Counted from the stretch's first letter, positions 49,682-60,544 are shown. The stretch: 64,000 nt of DNA from Halodesulfurarchaeum sp. (GCA_034520565.1 JAXHNL010000002.1:1652175-1716174); one strand, 5' to 3'. The notes: generated by a model from the sequence alone, not told the origin. Made by a program: numbers and translations.

Positions 49682-49945
49682 ATGTACGCGCCAATCGTCG
49701 CCGTGATCCTCGGAACTGTCGGAGCCCTCTTCCCCGAAAAAATCATCAACTGGACGAATCGAGCGATACTCGGCCCGAGCTTCGAAAACGTTGCCGACCT
49801 CCGGCCACGAGGCTGGTACGTGACTGCAGTCCAATTCAAGTCCGTTCTCGTCGTTCTGGCCGGGGTCGCCTGGCTCGTTATCGAACGGGGACACGAGAAG
49901 GTCAACCAGACCGCCGAAGCGGATTTGACACCTGCCGAAAAGTAA
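49682..49945 (+). CDS. Small membrane protein
   Basis: Two hydrophobic segments; ATG after an AT-richer gap. Confidence 0.65.
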   Translation: MYAPIVAVILGTVGALFPEKIINWTNRAILGPSFENVADLRPRGWYVTAVQFKSVLVVLAGVAWLVIERGHEKVNQTAEADLTPAEK

Positions 49946-50016
49946 CAGTCACACGTCCGAAACCGGACCGTTCCGGTTCGGTTTCCGCCGATTCGTACAC
50001 ACCCTATTTAACTCGG

Positions 50017-51561
50017 TTATTCCATATACCCCAGTTGCTGCAGCCGCTTTTCGACGGTCGCCTGCTCGTCTCCGCCGGCCCGCCCCTGGAGGACGATCGG
50101 ATCCTGTCGACCCACGTCTCGATATCCTGCAACGATCGGCAGCACCGTCCCGTCCATGTCCGTCGGAATGGCCACGCCGTGGGTAGCAAGTAACGTCGGT
50201 GCAATATCGAGAATGCTGATTCGGTCGAGTTCGCCCCGTGGTTCGAAATCGGGGCCGTTCGCGACGAAGATCCCGAATGGCGTGTTCTCGGCTGCCCACC
50301 GATCGGGACCCGACTGCACGAGGCCGCCTCCGATACCGTCGTTGACGTGCACGCCGGGCCGTTGATCCACCACGATCTCGGGGGCCGAGTCGACGGATTG
50401 GCCGCTGTAGACGTCTTCGCCTCGATGGACGGCCTCGAACAGCGGCCCGTGCTCGTCTTCGACCGAGCGGAGATCGGCCATTAGCCCCTCCCGGATCGAG
50501 TCGACATCGAAGGCCGGGTTGAGATAGATCGGCCCCTGACCGCTCGCGACGGCCTGGGTCCGGTCGAGGTCGATCGCCTCGAGTTTCCGATGGCGCTTGA
50601 CACCATCCGCCTGTGGGACCAGTTGTTGCATCCGTTCGGGAACGAGTGTGGCGAGGGTGTCGACGAGACCGAGTCGCTTCGCGACGCCGAGCACAGTTTC
50701 GCGGTCGAGCCCGAGCGGCTGGAGGACGTCCTCGACGGTCCGTGTCCGGGCCTGATACCCATGCTCGGCGAGCCATTCGTTGACGTAAAACTCAGTCTGG
50801 GTCGGGGCGCTCCCGTGGTCGGACATGAGGACCACGTTCGTGTCCGCAAGTGCCGCAAGTTCACCGAGCCATTCATCGACCAGCAGCCAGGCCCGCTTTG
50901 TCGGTTCCTCGTCCCAGAAGAAGTGCTGGAGCACGTTGAGGTAGAACAACGTGAGGTGGGCAAACTGCAGGTCTTCCTCCTCGAAGAGTGCAAGTGCGGC
51001 CTCGAAATGGGTATCGAGCAGGTCGAGAATCGCCTCCACTTCGGCTCCACGCTCGTCGTTGCTGGAAAGAAGCGGTTCGGGATGCACCCGATAGTCGAAC
51101 CGTTCCTCGAGTTCGGCAGCCAGTTCCGGTGGCGAGGTGTAACCGCTCTCGATCGATCGGTACTCGCCCTCGGCGGCATCAGGTCCCCCACAGACGATCG
51201 GGCCATCGATTTCACGTGGCGGATACATCGTCGGCATGTTGAAGACCCCCGTTCGTTGGCCGGCGTCGTTGAGATAATCCCAGATTTCGGCCGTGTCGAA
51301 ATCGCTGCCGTCGGCCACCTCGATCGCTCCCCGGTCGAGATCCACGTGCTCGAACCAGTAGACCCCGAACTGTCCGGGATTCTTCCCCGAGGAGTAGGAC
51401 TTCCAGTTCGGAAAGGTCACTGGTGGGAGGGTGCTTCGCGTCCCGGCCCACGAACCCGACTCCCGGAGGGATTCGAGATTCGGCAGGTCGCCGGCCTCGA
51501 TCCAGGGATCGAGCAACCGCCAGCTCGCCCCGTCGAGGCCGACGACGAACGTTCGTGTCAT
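50017..51561 (-). CDS. Alkaline phosphatase superfamily (type I phosphodiesterase/nucleotide pyrophosphatase) protein
   Basis: VVGLDGASW, STLPPVT, GKNPG, MSDHG, DIAPT, RLQQLGY. Confidence 0.88.
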   Translation of the reverse strand: MTRTFVVGLDGASWRLLDPWIEAGDLPNLESLRESGSWAGTRSTLPPVTFPNWKSYSSGKNPGQFGVYWFEHVDLDRGAIEVADGSDFDTAEIWDYLNDAGQRTGVFNMPTMYPPREIDGPIVCGGPDAAEGEYRSIESGYTSPPELAAELEERFDYRVHPEPLLSSNDERGAEVEAILDLLDTHFEAALALFEEEDLQFAHLTLFYLNVLQHFFWDEEPTKRAWLLVDEWLGELAALADTNVVLMSDHGSAPTQTEFYVNEWLAEHGYQARTRTVEDVLQPLGLDRETVLGVAKRLGLVDTLATLVPERMQQLVPQADGVKRHRKLEAIDLDRTQAVASGQGPIYLNPAFDVDSIREGLMADLRSVEDEHGPLFEAVHRGEDVYSGQSVDSAPEIVVDQRPGVHVNDGIGGGLVQSGPDRWAAENTPFGIFVANGPDFEPRGELDRISILDIAPTLLATHGVAIPTDMDGTVLPIVAGYRDVGRQDPIVLQGRAGGDEQATVEKRLQQLGYME

Positions 51562-51664
51562 TGCCGGAATATCGGGGTGAAGCCTCAACTTCCTTTCGTC
51601 CTCGGTCCCGGCTTCGGTCGCTGGAGCACAACTTCTAAGTTGTGGCATCGCGGTCTCCCACATA

Positions 51665-52339
51665 GTGCGGACACTTGCCGTCGTCCCCGCGTACAACGAA
51701 TCCGACACCATCGGTTCCGTCATCGACGGGACCGAGGAGTACGTCGATCACGTCGCCGTCGTCGACGACGGCTCCCGTGACGACACCGCTCGAATCGCTC
51801 GGGATCACGGGGCCACCGTTCTCGAACACGCCTTCAACACCGGCGTCGGTGGAGCCGTCAGGACGGGCTATCAGTACGCCATCGATCACGAATTCGAGTT
51901 CGTCGTCCAGGTCGACGCCGACGGACAACACGATCCATCTCATATTCCGCGACTCCTCTCGGCGGCCGAAGACGCCGATATGGTCATCGCCAGCCGATAT
52001 CTCAACGAGAGTATCCGGGAGTATTCGATGATCCGAAAGGCCGGGATCCAGTTTTTCACCGCGATGGTCAACACGCTCGGCGGCGTCGAGATCACCGACG
52101 TGACGAGCGGGTTCCGGGTCTATCGGGTCAGTACCCTCGATTCGATCCTCCACCACTCCGATAAACACTGGGCGGTCGAACAGACCCTCGAAGCGGCACG
52201 ACGAGACCTGGACATCGTCGAGGTTTCGACGAAGATCCCGACCCGTTCGGAAGGCAAGTCGCAGTTCACCCTCGAAACGTTCGTCATGTACCCGCTTCGA
52301 ATGACCGACGTCGCTCTCAGGGTGTTGCTCTTTCGCTAG
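51665..52339 (+). CDS. GT2 polyprenyl-phosphate glycosyltransferase (DPM synthase/ArnC-like)
   Basis: VPAYNE, VDDGSRD, DADGQH, DVTSGFR. Confidence 0.9.
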   Translation: MRTLAVVPAYNESDTIGSVIDGTEEYVDHVAVVDDGSRDDTARIARDHGATVLEHAFNTGVGGAVRTGYQYAIDHEFEFVVQVDADGQHDPSHIPRLLSAAEDADMVIASRYLNESIREYSMIRKAGIQFFTAMVNTLGGVEITDVTSGFRVYRVSTLDSILHHSDKHWAVEQTLEAARRDLDIVEVSTKIPTRSEGKSQFTLETFVMYPLRMTDVALRVLLFR

Positions 52340-52341
52340 CC

Positions 52342-52695
52342 ATGGTCGAATACACCGTCGTCAACGTGGCTGCGTTCCTCGTCGGCGTCGGCTTCCTGGC
52401 GAACGGCTACCGGATGGTTCGGCGTGGACGCGAGGACATGACGCTGTTCGTCACCTCGCTTTTCGTCGGAGCCGGCCTGATCTTCGTGGCGCTGTTTCCG
52501 GATTTCTTCCAGCTCGTCGCGAACGTTCTGGGTCTCGAATTGAAAGCCCGGGCGATCCTCGTCATCGCGAACCTGACGTTGTTCGTGCTCGCCATCTATC
52601 TCCTTCACCGCATTGCCAACCTGTACGAGCAGGTCTCCCGGCTCAACGAGGAACTCAGCCTGCTGAAAGCCGACCTCGAGGACCGGGATGACTGA
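52342..52695 (+). CDS. DUF2304-like membrane protein
   Basis: 3 TM plus coiled-coil tail LNEELSLL; follows GT2. Confidence 0.75.
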   Translation: MVEYTVVNVAAFLVGVGFLANGYRMVRRGREDMTLFVTSLFVGAGLIFVALFPDFFQLVANVLGLELKARAILVIANLTLFVLAIYLLHRIANLYEQVSRLNEELSLLKADLEDRDD

Positions 52696-53563
52696 ACCCC
52701 GGCGAGCCGTCCTCTCAGTCGACTTCGAACGCTTCGACCATACACCGGCCTATCGGCAAGCCAGGGGTTCCCTCTCGGATTCAGCCGTCGGCCTGTCGGG
52801 CGCTGCGTGGCTTCGGGAGGCCTTCGACGCGGCAGGCACGACAACGACCTGGTTTACCGTCGGTGAGGTCGTAGCGGACCATCCGGACGCAGTCGAGAAG
52901 CTGGTCGCGGCCGGTCACGAAGTCGGGTCGCACACGTACACCCATCGATTGCTTACCGAACTCGACGCCACCGAACGACGGGAGGAACTGGAACGATCCA
53001 GGGCGATCCTCGAAGAGACGACGGGAGAAACGGTGTCCGGATTCAGGGCGCCGGCGTTCGATTTTGGGGCGGGGCACTTCGAGGCCCTCGAGACAGCTGG
53101 CTACGAGTACGACTCGAGTGTCGTCGCCAGCCGCACGATCCCGGGCTGGTACGGGGGCGAGTACGAGTTGACACGTCCCGCACCCGCGACGACGGTCGAT
53201 TCCGCTGCGCCGGAGACGATTGCCGAACTCCCGGTGAGCGTCATGCCGGGGCTCAGGCTCCCGTTGACCGGGACGTGGATGCGCTTTTTCGGCCCGCGGT
53301 ACACGATATCCGGGATGAAACTGCTCGCTCGCCGGGGAATCACACCTGTTCTGTACGTCCACCCGTGGGAACTGGTCGAGTTGCCCGAAATCGACGGTGT
53401 CCCACAGCGGGTTTACTGGCACACGGGAGACTGGATGCGGCGGGCCGTCGAGCGAATTCTGGAGACGGACTTCGAATTCGTGCCCGCCCGAACGGCACTC
53501 GAGGCAAGTGAGGGGAGCGTGCAAGGCGACGAAGCCGGCGATCAAGAGCCTCGCGACCGATGA
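52688..53563 (+). CDS. Polysaccharide deacetylase (CE4/NodB-like)
   Basis: SVDFE, HEVGSHTYTH, GFRAP, YDSS, YVHPWE. Confidence 0.9.
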   Translation: MTEPRRAVLSVDFERFDHTPAYRQARGSLSDSAVGLSGAAWLREAFDAAGTTTTWFTVGEVVADHPDAVEKLVAAGHEVGSHTYTHRLLTELDATERREELERSRAILEETTGETVSGFRAPAFDFGAGHFEALETAGYEYDSSVVASRTIPGWYGGEYELTRPAPATTVDSAAPETIAELPVSVMPGLRLPLTGTWMRFFGPRYTISGMKLLARRGITPVLYVHPWELVELPEIDGVPQRVYWHTGDWMRRAVERILETDFEFVPARTALEASEGSVQGDEAGDQEPRDR

Positions 53564-54594
53564 GTCACCGCTCACCGCGTCAAGTCGCGTTCACGGCCGT
53601 CCAGTACGCGATCGCTGTGCTGGCCCTCGGCTGGTTGGTCACCCAAATCGAGTTAGTCGAGGTCGCAAGTCGGCTCGCCGGACTGGACTTGCGCACCGTG
53701 CTTGCGATCGTCGGTGTCAGTCTCCTCGGTGCCGTCGCACAGTTCGAGACGTGGGGGGCAGTGCTCAGGCCGATCCGACCGGTCGGCAGCCGCGCCGTCG
53801 CCAGCATCTCGCTTTCCGTGAACTTCATCAATCAGCTCCTCCCGTCGAGGCTGTCCGGGCGACTCGCCGCACCGTTCGTCGTCCGGGCCAACACGGGAAT
53901 GCGCTATGCCGATGCAGCCGCTGTATCGGGTGTTCACACCGGGATCTACGCGGTCCTCTATGGACTCTTCTCGACGGTCGGACTCCTTGCCATCGTGTTG
54001 TTCGAGACGCCCTCCCGGGGCTTGCTCGCGCTGCTCGCCGTCTCGACGGGGCTCTACCTGCTGGCGGGGAGCGTCGTCATCGTCGCGGGGACGAATCTCC
54101 AGGTGCTCGACCCGATCGTTGCCGGGATCGCAACGGGTCTCGGACGGCTGCCTCGGATCGGCACGAAACTGGCCGCGTGGGTAACGGACCTCACTGACTT
54201 CACCGAGGCGTCGACGGAATCCTTCAGAGAACTGGCCGCCGATCGAGGCGTCTGGCTGCGGTATACCGCGAGCTGGAGTGTCGTCCTGTTGGTAGCACCA
54301 GGGATTCGCGTCTGGCTCATGCTCTCGGCGTTCGGCATCGATTTCGAGCCGATTTTGCTGCTGCCGCTGTACCTCGTGACCGGTTACAGCGTGACGCTCC
54401 TCCCGATATCCCCGGGAGGAGTGGGCGTCACCGAAGCGACGGCAACTGCCGTGTTCATCACGCTGGGCATTCCGGGATCGGCCATCGTCCCGATCATCTT
54501 CGTCGACCGGATCTTCGGGATCTACCTGCCCGCCGTCCTCGGCTGGATCCCGGCCGCTCGGCTCGATCTCTCAGAACTCGCCATCGAGGACTAG
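53560..54594 (+). CDS. Lysylphosphatidylglycerol-synthase TM / flippase-like protein
   Basis: FINQLLPSRLSG, PISPGGVGVTE, DR motifs. Confidence 0.82.
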   Translation: MSHRSPRQVAFTAVQYAIAVLALGWLVTQIELVEVASRLAGLDLRTVLAIVGVSLLGAVAQFETWGAVLRPIRPVGSRAVASISLSVNFINQLLPSRLSGRLAAPFVVRANTGMRYADAAAVSGVHTGIYAVLYGLFSTVGLLAIVLFETPSRGLLALLAVSTGLYLLAGSVVIVAGTNLQVLDPIVAGIATGLGRLPRIGTKLAAWVTDLTDFTEASTESFRELAADRGVWLRYTASWSVVLLVAPGIRVWLMLSAFGIDFEPILLLPLYLVTGYSVTLLPISPGGVGVTEATATAVFITLGIPGSAIVPIIFVDRIFGIYLPAVLGWIPAARLDLSELAIED

Positions 54595-56381
54595 AAGGGT
54601 GGATATCGCGACCGATCGCACTCGCCGGTCATCTCGAGGATCACCGTATACTGGTTTTCCGCGAGTTCCTGCTCGTCGGCGTACTGATCGGTCTGTGGAA
54701 CGACCCCCAGTCGGAGGAGGTCGACGTAGTTCCCGGGCTCGGGGCGGTCGGGGACGAAATCCGGGGGCCTGGGGCCGAACTCGGCGGCGATCTCGTACCC
54801 GTACGCTCCGTCGAGCAGTTTCCGGAGGTAATTCGCCCGAACAGGGCCGTTCCGGTAGTAGGTCCCCTCCGTCAGATAGAGGAGATCCCGGTAGCCCAGC
54901 TGGATGTACGTCGGACAGGGATCCAGTCGTTCGTCCGTGCCGTGTGAGCCGTAGGCGTGTGTGACGTTCATCGAATGTGGGATGGCGGTGTCCTGTATGC
55001 TCCTCCGGTAGGTTTCGACGAGTGTGTCTTCCTCGGCATTCGTTTCGAGCCATTCGACCGCCTGATCGCGGGGCATATCAGCATATTCGGCGACGCCGAC
55101 GCCCGCATAGAGGGCGGACGTGAGCACCACGAGCGCGATGGCCACTCGACCGATTGCTGGGGCCCGATCACGGAATCGGCTGAGCGACCACCCCAACAGG
55201 ATGGCGATCAGTGGAAAGGTCGGGAGCAGGTGATGCACCCGGAAGTCATGCCAGGTCGAGAAGAGGAGGAGGTAGGTCCCAAGTCCCACAAGCACCAGCA
55301 AAGCAGCGCTCGCTTCGCTGGGCCGGCGCCGAATGTGCCAGATGCTCGCGCCAACCCCCACGACCGAGGCGACGAAGAGCGGCAATCCGAGTGCGCTGAA
55401 GTACCCCCTGAGGAACCACCAGAGCGTCGGTGCATCGGGGCCGGTCGTATGAGTGGCCCGGGCGACTGAATCGCCGAAGATTCGCTCGACGACGAGATCG
55501 AGTCGGCCGACCCAGGCCGTCGGGAAACTCGCGAAAATGACCAGCAACCCGAGGAGGGCCCCCGCAACGACGAGTCGTGCGTCGAAGCGCTCCAGAATCG
55601 TCCCCGCACCTCCGTCGAACAGTCGGAGCACATATGCGAATCCGATCACCACGATCACTGGAATGGCGGTGAGTTTGAACCCGATCGCCAGTCCGCCAGC
55701 GACACTGGCTGCGAGGAAGCACCAGCGTTCACCCCGTTTGACGTAGTGAACGAGGAAGAGAATCGCCAGCAGAACGAGGAACGTGGCCGGCATGTCTTCG
55801 CCCCCCTCGTGAGCGATGGTGAGAAACCCGAAGGTTAGTGTCAGGAGAAGACTCGCCAGCCGCCCAGTCTGGCGATTCGCGAGCTCGACGCCGAGCCGGT
55901 AGGTGAGATACACGCTTCCGACCGCGAACGCCACGTTCGCGAGACGAACGAGGGCGATGCTCCAGGTCCAGACCCACTCGGGCGTGGCGTGCCAGGGTTC
56001 GTAAAACCCGAACTCCCAGGCGGGGACAGCGAGTTCCGAGAACACGCCTCCCTGTCCCGTCACCACCGCAAATGCGACGAGCGGGAAGAGCAGCACCCCG
56101 TACAGAAACGTCGTCGCGCCGAACGGGGCTCGACCCCAGGCGACTCCAGTGCTGAGACTCTCGAAGCTCGGCTCTTCGATCACGCGGGCGTAGGGAACGA
56201 GCGCGTCGAGAATCCGGCTGAACTCGTCCCGAGTCGCGAAGTTCGGAATCCGGTGCCAGATTCCGAAAAGCGACAGGCCCACAGATAGCAGGAGAATGTA
56301 TCGGAGATATGGGTCCTCGCGGAGGTCCGCCACGAGCTGATCGCGTCCAGCCCGGAGGATAGCGCGAAGAGATGACGGCAT
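54591..56381 (-). CDS. ArnT/PMT-family GT-C glycosyltransferase
   Basis: TRDE loop motif, HEGGED, GFKLT, HHLLP; ~11 TM plus C-terminal soluble domain. Confidence 0.8.
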   Translation of the reverse strand: MPSSLRAILRAGRDQLVADLREDPYLRYILLLSVGLSLFGIWHRIPNFATRDEFSRILDALVPYARVIEEPSFESLSTGVAWGRAPFGATTFLYGVLLFPLVAFAVVTGQGGVFSELAVPAWEFGFYEPWHATPEWVWTWSIALVRLANVAFAVGSVYLTYRLGVELANRQTGRLASLLLTLTFGFLTIAHEGGEDMPATFLVLLAILFLVHYVKRGERWCFLAASVAGGLAIGFKLTAIPVIVVIGFAYVLRLFDGGAGTILERFDARLVVAGALLGLLVIFASFPTAWVGRLDLVVERIFGDSVARATHTTGPDAPTLWWFLRGYFSALGLPLFVASVVGVGASIWHIRRRPSEASAALLVLVGLGTYLLLFSTWHDFRVHHLLPTFPLIAILLGWSLSRFRDRAPAIGRVAIALVVLTSALYAGVGVAEYADMPRDQAVEWLETNAEEDTLVETYRRSIQDTAIPHSMNVTHAYGSHGTDERLDPCPTYIQLGYRDLLYLTEGTYYRNGPVRANYLRKLLDGAYGYEIAAEFGPRPPDFVPDRPEPGNYVDLLRLGVVPQTDQYADEQELAENQYTVILEMTGECDRSRYPPF

Positions 56382-56517
56382 GACCCGATTTCTGCCGGGG
56401 AGTGCCAAAAACGTGGCCCTTCGAACTGCTGGTTTGCTCGATCAGTTCGAGGTCGGCACGGGGGTTCCGGGGCGACATTCGCTCGTCGTGCTCGGGGGGT
56501 CGGACGAGCGGCGTCGA

Positions 56518-58134
56518 TCACTCGGACTTCTCTGGGTCTCCGGACTCCGGCCCGGAATTGGCTCCCGGTGACTCCGCCGGATCGGCAGGCGCCGCATCCA
56601 TGGGTGACTCGGTGGGGACCGAATCGGTCGGCTCTGCAGGGATATCGGACGACTCCGACGTCGCTGGCGATTCGATTGTCTCGCCCGTATCGCCGCCGTC
56701 ATCTTCCGTCTCGATGACGCTCTTCGTCCAGGTCCCGCGGAGGAAGTACAGTGAGGCGGCCAGCATCGCGAGCACGTTCGAAAGCGCGATCGCATACCAG
56801 ACGCCAGTCTCACCCATGCCGAACCAGGAAAGGAGCACGTAGGCCGGTGGGAGTCTGAACACCCAAAGAGAGAGGATCGCGAAGATCATCGCCAATCGAG
56901 TCGAACCGCTCCCCCGGAACGCCCCCTGCACGACCTGGAAGACGCCGATGAAGAGGAAGGTCGGACCGATGATCTTCAGGTAATCGGCCCCGATGGCGAT
57001 GACGTTCGGCTCTCCGGGAATGAACGCTGCCGTGATCGGTTCGGCAAAGACGAACGCGAATACACTGAGCACGGCCAGTACGCTGGCGACGATCGCGCTG
57101 CTGTATCCGACCGCTCGCTTGGCCCGTGCGACCTGTTGGGTGCCGAGGTTTTGCCCGACGACCGTCTCTGTCCCCCGGGCGAGTCCGAGCGCTGGCAGAA
57201 ACACGAGCGAATTGAGTCGGTTGCCGATGCCCAGTGCGGCCACGGCGTCGTCTCCGGCGAGGGCGACGAGTGCCGTCAAAACCGTGATCCCGAGCGCACG
57301 CGTAGACTGTTCGACACTCGAGGGCAACCCCAGCGAGACGATCCGGCGGACCATCTCGAACCTGAGTCTGAGGTCCGAGAGCGACAGGTGGATGCCGACC
57401 TTCCCCGAGAACAGCCAGTACATCCCGAGGATTGCCCCGACTCCACGCGAGAACACCGTGGCAATGGCCGCACCCTGCACGCCGTACCCCTCGAAACCCG
57501 TCGCCGCAAAGAGGGACGCTTCGAGTTGCTCGAGACCCAGACCCGTCAGCAGCACGTTGCCCTGGAACCCGAGAATCAGGAACGGATCCAGAAGGACGTT
57601 CAGCACGACGCCGAAGGCCATCAGGTAAAGCGGCGTCCGGGTGTCTCCCCAGCCCCGGAGCAACGCCTGAAAGATGAAAAAGCCGAACAGGAACACGACG
57701 CCGAGGAAGATCGTCCGGGTGTACTCGACGGCAAGGACGTATTCGAGCGACCCCGGTCTCGCCCCGATCAGGTCGACAAGCCAGGGGGTCAAGATCCAGC
57801 CGAGCACCGAAAAGATCCCGGCAACGACCGCCACGAAGGCGATCGTTTGCCCGGCAGCGAAGTTCACCTGTTCGTGCCGTCCAGCCCCCTTGTTCTGCGA
57901 AACGAGAACGGTCCCGGCGACCGTGAATCCCCCCGCAATAGAGATCATCAAGAAGACGAGCGGCCAGGAGTATGAGAGCGCGGAGACGGCCTCCTGTCCG
58001 ACCCGTCCGACCCAGAACGTGTCGGCGAGGTTGTAACCGACCTGTAGCATCTGGGAGAGGACGATCGGCAGTGAGAGGATCACCAGTGGCTTCAGCAGGG
58101 CGCCGTCGATGACGTTGACGTCGCGATTACTCAC
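56518..58134 (-). CDS. MATE family efflux transporter
   Basis: YNLADTFWVG, RGWGDTRTP, NVLLDP, GQNLG; acidic tail. Confidence 0.92.
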   Translation of the reverse strand: MSNRDVNVIDGALLKPLVILSLPIVLSQMLQVGYNLADTFWVGRVGQEAVSALSYSWPLVFLMISIAGGFTVAGTVLVSQNKGAGRHEQVNFAAGQTIAFVAVVAGIFSVLGWILTPWLVDLIGARPGSLEYVLAVEYTRTIFLGVVFLFGFFIFQALLRGWGDTRTPLYLMAFGVVLNVLLDPFLILGFQGNVLLTGLGLEQLEASLFAATGFEGYGVQGAAIATVFSRGVGAILGMYWLFSGKVGIHLSLSDLRLRFEMVRRIVSLGLPSSVEQSTRALGITVLTALVALAGDDAVAALGIGNRLNSLVFLPALGLARGTETVVGQNLGTQQVARAKRAVGYSSAIVASVLAVLSVFAFVFAEPITAAFIPGEPNVIAIGADYLKIIGPTFLFIGVFQVVQGAFRGSGSTRLAMIFAILSLWVFRLPPAYVLLSWFGMGETGVWYAIALSNVLAMLAASLYFLRGTWTKSVIETEDDGGDTGETIESPATSESSDIPAEPTDSVPTESPMDAAPADPAESPGANSGPESGDPEKSE

Positions 58135-58391
58135 GCGTGATCCTCGAATTTCGTCTCGGCACGGGTGGCCAGATTCGATTTCGCGGGAGGGCGTTTCTCA
58201 AGTACACCGTCGGACCGGGTGATGCGAATCGGCTGATGATCGATTGCAGTTGCAATATCAGCTGACGGATCGAAGAGCGTTTCGACTGCAGAAAATCCCA
58301 CATACTGCTGAATGAGTGTTCACCCTCAAAAAGCGCTTGGTCGGCCCGACGGAGCCGCCGTGATCGGAACCCTCGAGATCGCGCGAGCCGA

Positions 58392-60059
58392 TCAGGCCTG
58401 GTCGATCCCGAACTGCTCTCGAAGCGCTTCGATCGACTCCCCCGTTCCGACGATCGCGAGTGTTTCCGAGCCGGTAAACTCGCGGGACGGATCCGGCTCG
58501 GTCTGGGTTTTTTCGGCCGTGCGAACGGTCACGACCCGGCAGCCGGTCTCGGCGATCCCCGAGTCGGCGAGCGTCGTCCCTTCGAACGGGGCCGCCGAAA
58601 TCTCGATCAGTTCGACAGCATCCATCGTGATCGCGCGATCCTCACCTCGAAGTTCCGTCGCGAGCATGCGGGCGCTGACCCTCGGGACCGAGAGCACGTA
58701 GTCCGCACCCGCTGCAATGGCTTTTTCACTCGATTCCGTGTCCTTGATTCGGGTCAGAATTTCGATCGTCGAACGCATCGACCGGGCGAGAACGGTCGTC
58801 AAGAGTGCCGTCGAGTCGTCCGGGACGCCGACGATGATCGCTCCCGCATCATCGATTTCCGCGCGGTCGAGGGTCTCCCTCGAACCGGCATTACCGACGA
58901 CGTCGACCCCGGTTTGTTCCTTCGTGTCGATCGTCATCGACTCGAGCCCGGCGTCTTCGATGACGGCTGCTGCGGCTTTGCCGACCTCGCCGTATCCCGC
59001 AATCACGACGCGATCGAGTTCGCTGGCTTTTCGCGCAGGCCGAGTTACCTCGGTTAGCGACTCGAGAGAGTCGTGTGTTCCCGAGACGATCAGCACAGTA
59101 TTCGGTCGGATCGCGCTTTGCGGGTCGGGTGGCACTTCGAGTTCGCCGTCGATCCAGGCGCCGATGACGTTGACACCCGTGCGCTCCCGTAACCCGGACT
59201 CCCGAAGCGTGGTCCCGACGAGCGGGCTCCCGTGCTGGACCTGCAGTTCCGCCAATTCGGTTCCGTTCCCGATCGGAACGGCCTCGGAAAGGTCCGTATG
59301 CAGCGTCGACACCGCCTTCTCGGCCAGTCGCTTGCCGAGAACCCGGTGGGGCGAGAGGACACAATCCGCACCCGTCTCGAGGAAAATCTCGCGCAATTCG
59401 CTGTCGTCGGTCAGGGCAATGAGATCCATGTCCGGATCGATCGCCCGGACCGTGAGAATCGAGCCGACAGTCGCCTCGCCGGCGTCCGTGACCACGGCGC
59501 TCGCGGTGTCGATACTGGCCCGTTCGAAGGTCTCGATTTTTTCCGGCGAGCCGTGAATGGCCGCGTATCCGTCCTTCGAGAGATTGACGGCCTCCTCGCG
59601 CGACGGGGAAATCAGCACGTAATCGAAGCCCAAATTTTCGAGTTCGTCCAGCAGCACGGCGGAGTCCCGACGATACTCACAGATGATGACGTGATCGCGC
59701 TTGGGACTGAGCCGGTTGTCCAGATTCGGTTCGGCGCTGGTGAAAAGTGGGATGACGATCAGGCGAAGCGTAAAGAACGCGATCGCGATCCCGCTCAGTT
59801 GCATGAACACGACGAACAGGTTCATCACCGGGGTCTCCCACGGCGAATCGGCCCCGTATCCGGTCGTCGTCATCGTCTCGATCACGATCTGAAAGGAGTG
59901 GAAAATCGACCGGCTATCGCCCTCGAACACTCCCATCCCGAGGTTGTAGAATATGGTAAAGAGCAGAACCATGACCATCAGGCCGAGCAAATAGAGGGCG
60001 ACCAATCGATAGCGACGCGAGACGTCGAGTTCCGAAAGAGTCTGTCGAAGTGAGCGCAT
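58392..60059 (-). CDS. Potassium channel with TrkA-N/TrkA-C (RCK) domains
   Basis: TMTTTGYG pore motif, IAGYGEVG, two RCK repeats. Confidence 0.9.
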   Translation of the reverse strand: MRSLRQTLSELDVSRRYRLVALYLLGLMVMVLLFTIFYNLGMGVFEGDSRSIFHSFQIVIETMTTTGYGADSPWETPVMNLFVVFMQLSGIAIAFFTLRLIVIPLFTSAEPNLDNRLSPKRDHVIICEYRRDSAVLLDELENLGFDYVLISPSREEAVNLSKDGYAAIHGSPEKIETFERASIDTASAVVTDAGEATVGSILTVRAIDPDMDLIALTDDSELREIFLETGADCVLSPHRVLGKRLAEKAVSTLHTDLSEAVPIGNGTELAELQVQHGSPLVGTTLRESGLRERTGVNVIGAWIDGELEVPPDPQSAIRPNTVLIVSGTHDSLESLTEVTRPARKASELDRVVIAGYGEVGKAAAAVIEDAGLESMTIDTKEQTGVDVVGNAGSRETLDRAEIDDAGAIIVGVPDDSTALLTTVLARSMRSTIEILTRIKDTESSEKAIAAGADYVLSVPRVSARMLATELRGEDRAITMDAVELIEISAAPFEGTTLADSGIAETGCRVVTVRTAEKTQTEPDPSREFTGSETLAIVGTGESIEALREQFGIDQA

Positions 60060-60136
60060 CGGTCGTGTCGATGCCTTTGTCGGGAACCCCCAAATAGGTA
60101 TGACCCGAAATTCGGCTCCTTCGTCTCGGGTTTCGG

Positions 60137-60544
60137 TTACCAGTCCAGACCCAGCGCGTCCGAGGACCCGTCCGTCGTTACGGCCCGGACGAGCGCCGCC
60201 GTCAGGAGCCCACCGAAGACGATGCCGCTCGCCGCGCCGACAACGGCCCCTGTGGAGAGGACGGCATCGACCATCCAGGCACCGGTCGCCCCGAGAAGTG
60301 TCCCGACTATGAGACTGACCCCGAGGGTGAACGCCGTGACGGTTCTCACCCAGTTCGATCGTCTTGATCGGGTCGCCACGAACTGTCCTGCGAGGGCGCC
60401 GACCACCAGGCCCCCGCCCGCCCCGAACCCTGCTACCAGCGCCAGCGACGCGTCGAGTTCGGCAAGGGTGCCGACGACACCGCCGATTCCGACGCCAAAC
60501 ACCAATCCTGCGCCGGCGCCGTACTGTTCGATCGTGGTGTCCAT
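60137..60544 (-). CDS. Gly-rich membrane protein
   Basis: Four GxxxG-rich helices from MDTTIEQ. Confidence 0.65.
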   Translation of the reverse strand: MDTTIEQYGAGAGLVFGVGIGGVVGTLAELDASLALVAGFGAGGGLVVGALAGQFVATRSRRSNWVRTVTAFTLGVSLIVGTLLGATGAWMVDAVLSTGAVVGAASGIVFGGLLTAALVRAVTTDGSSDALGLDW

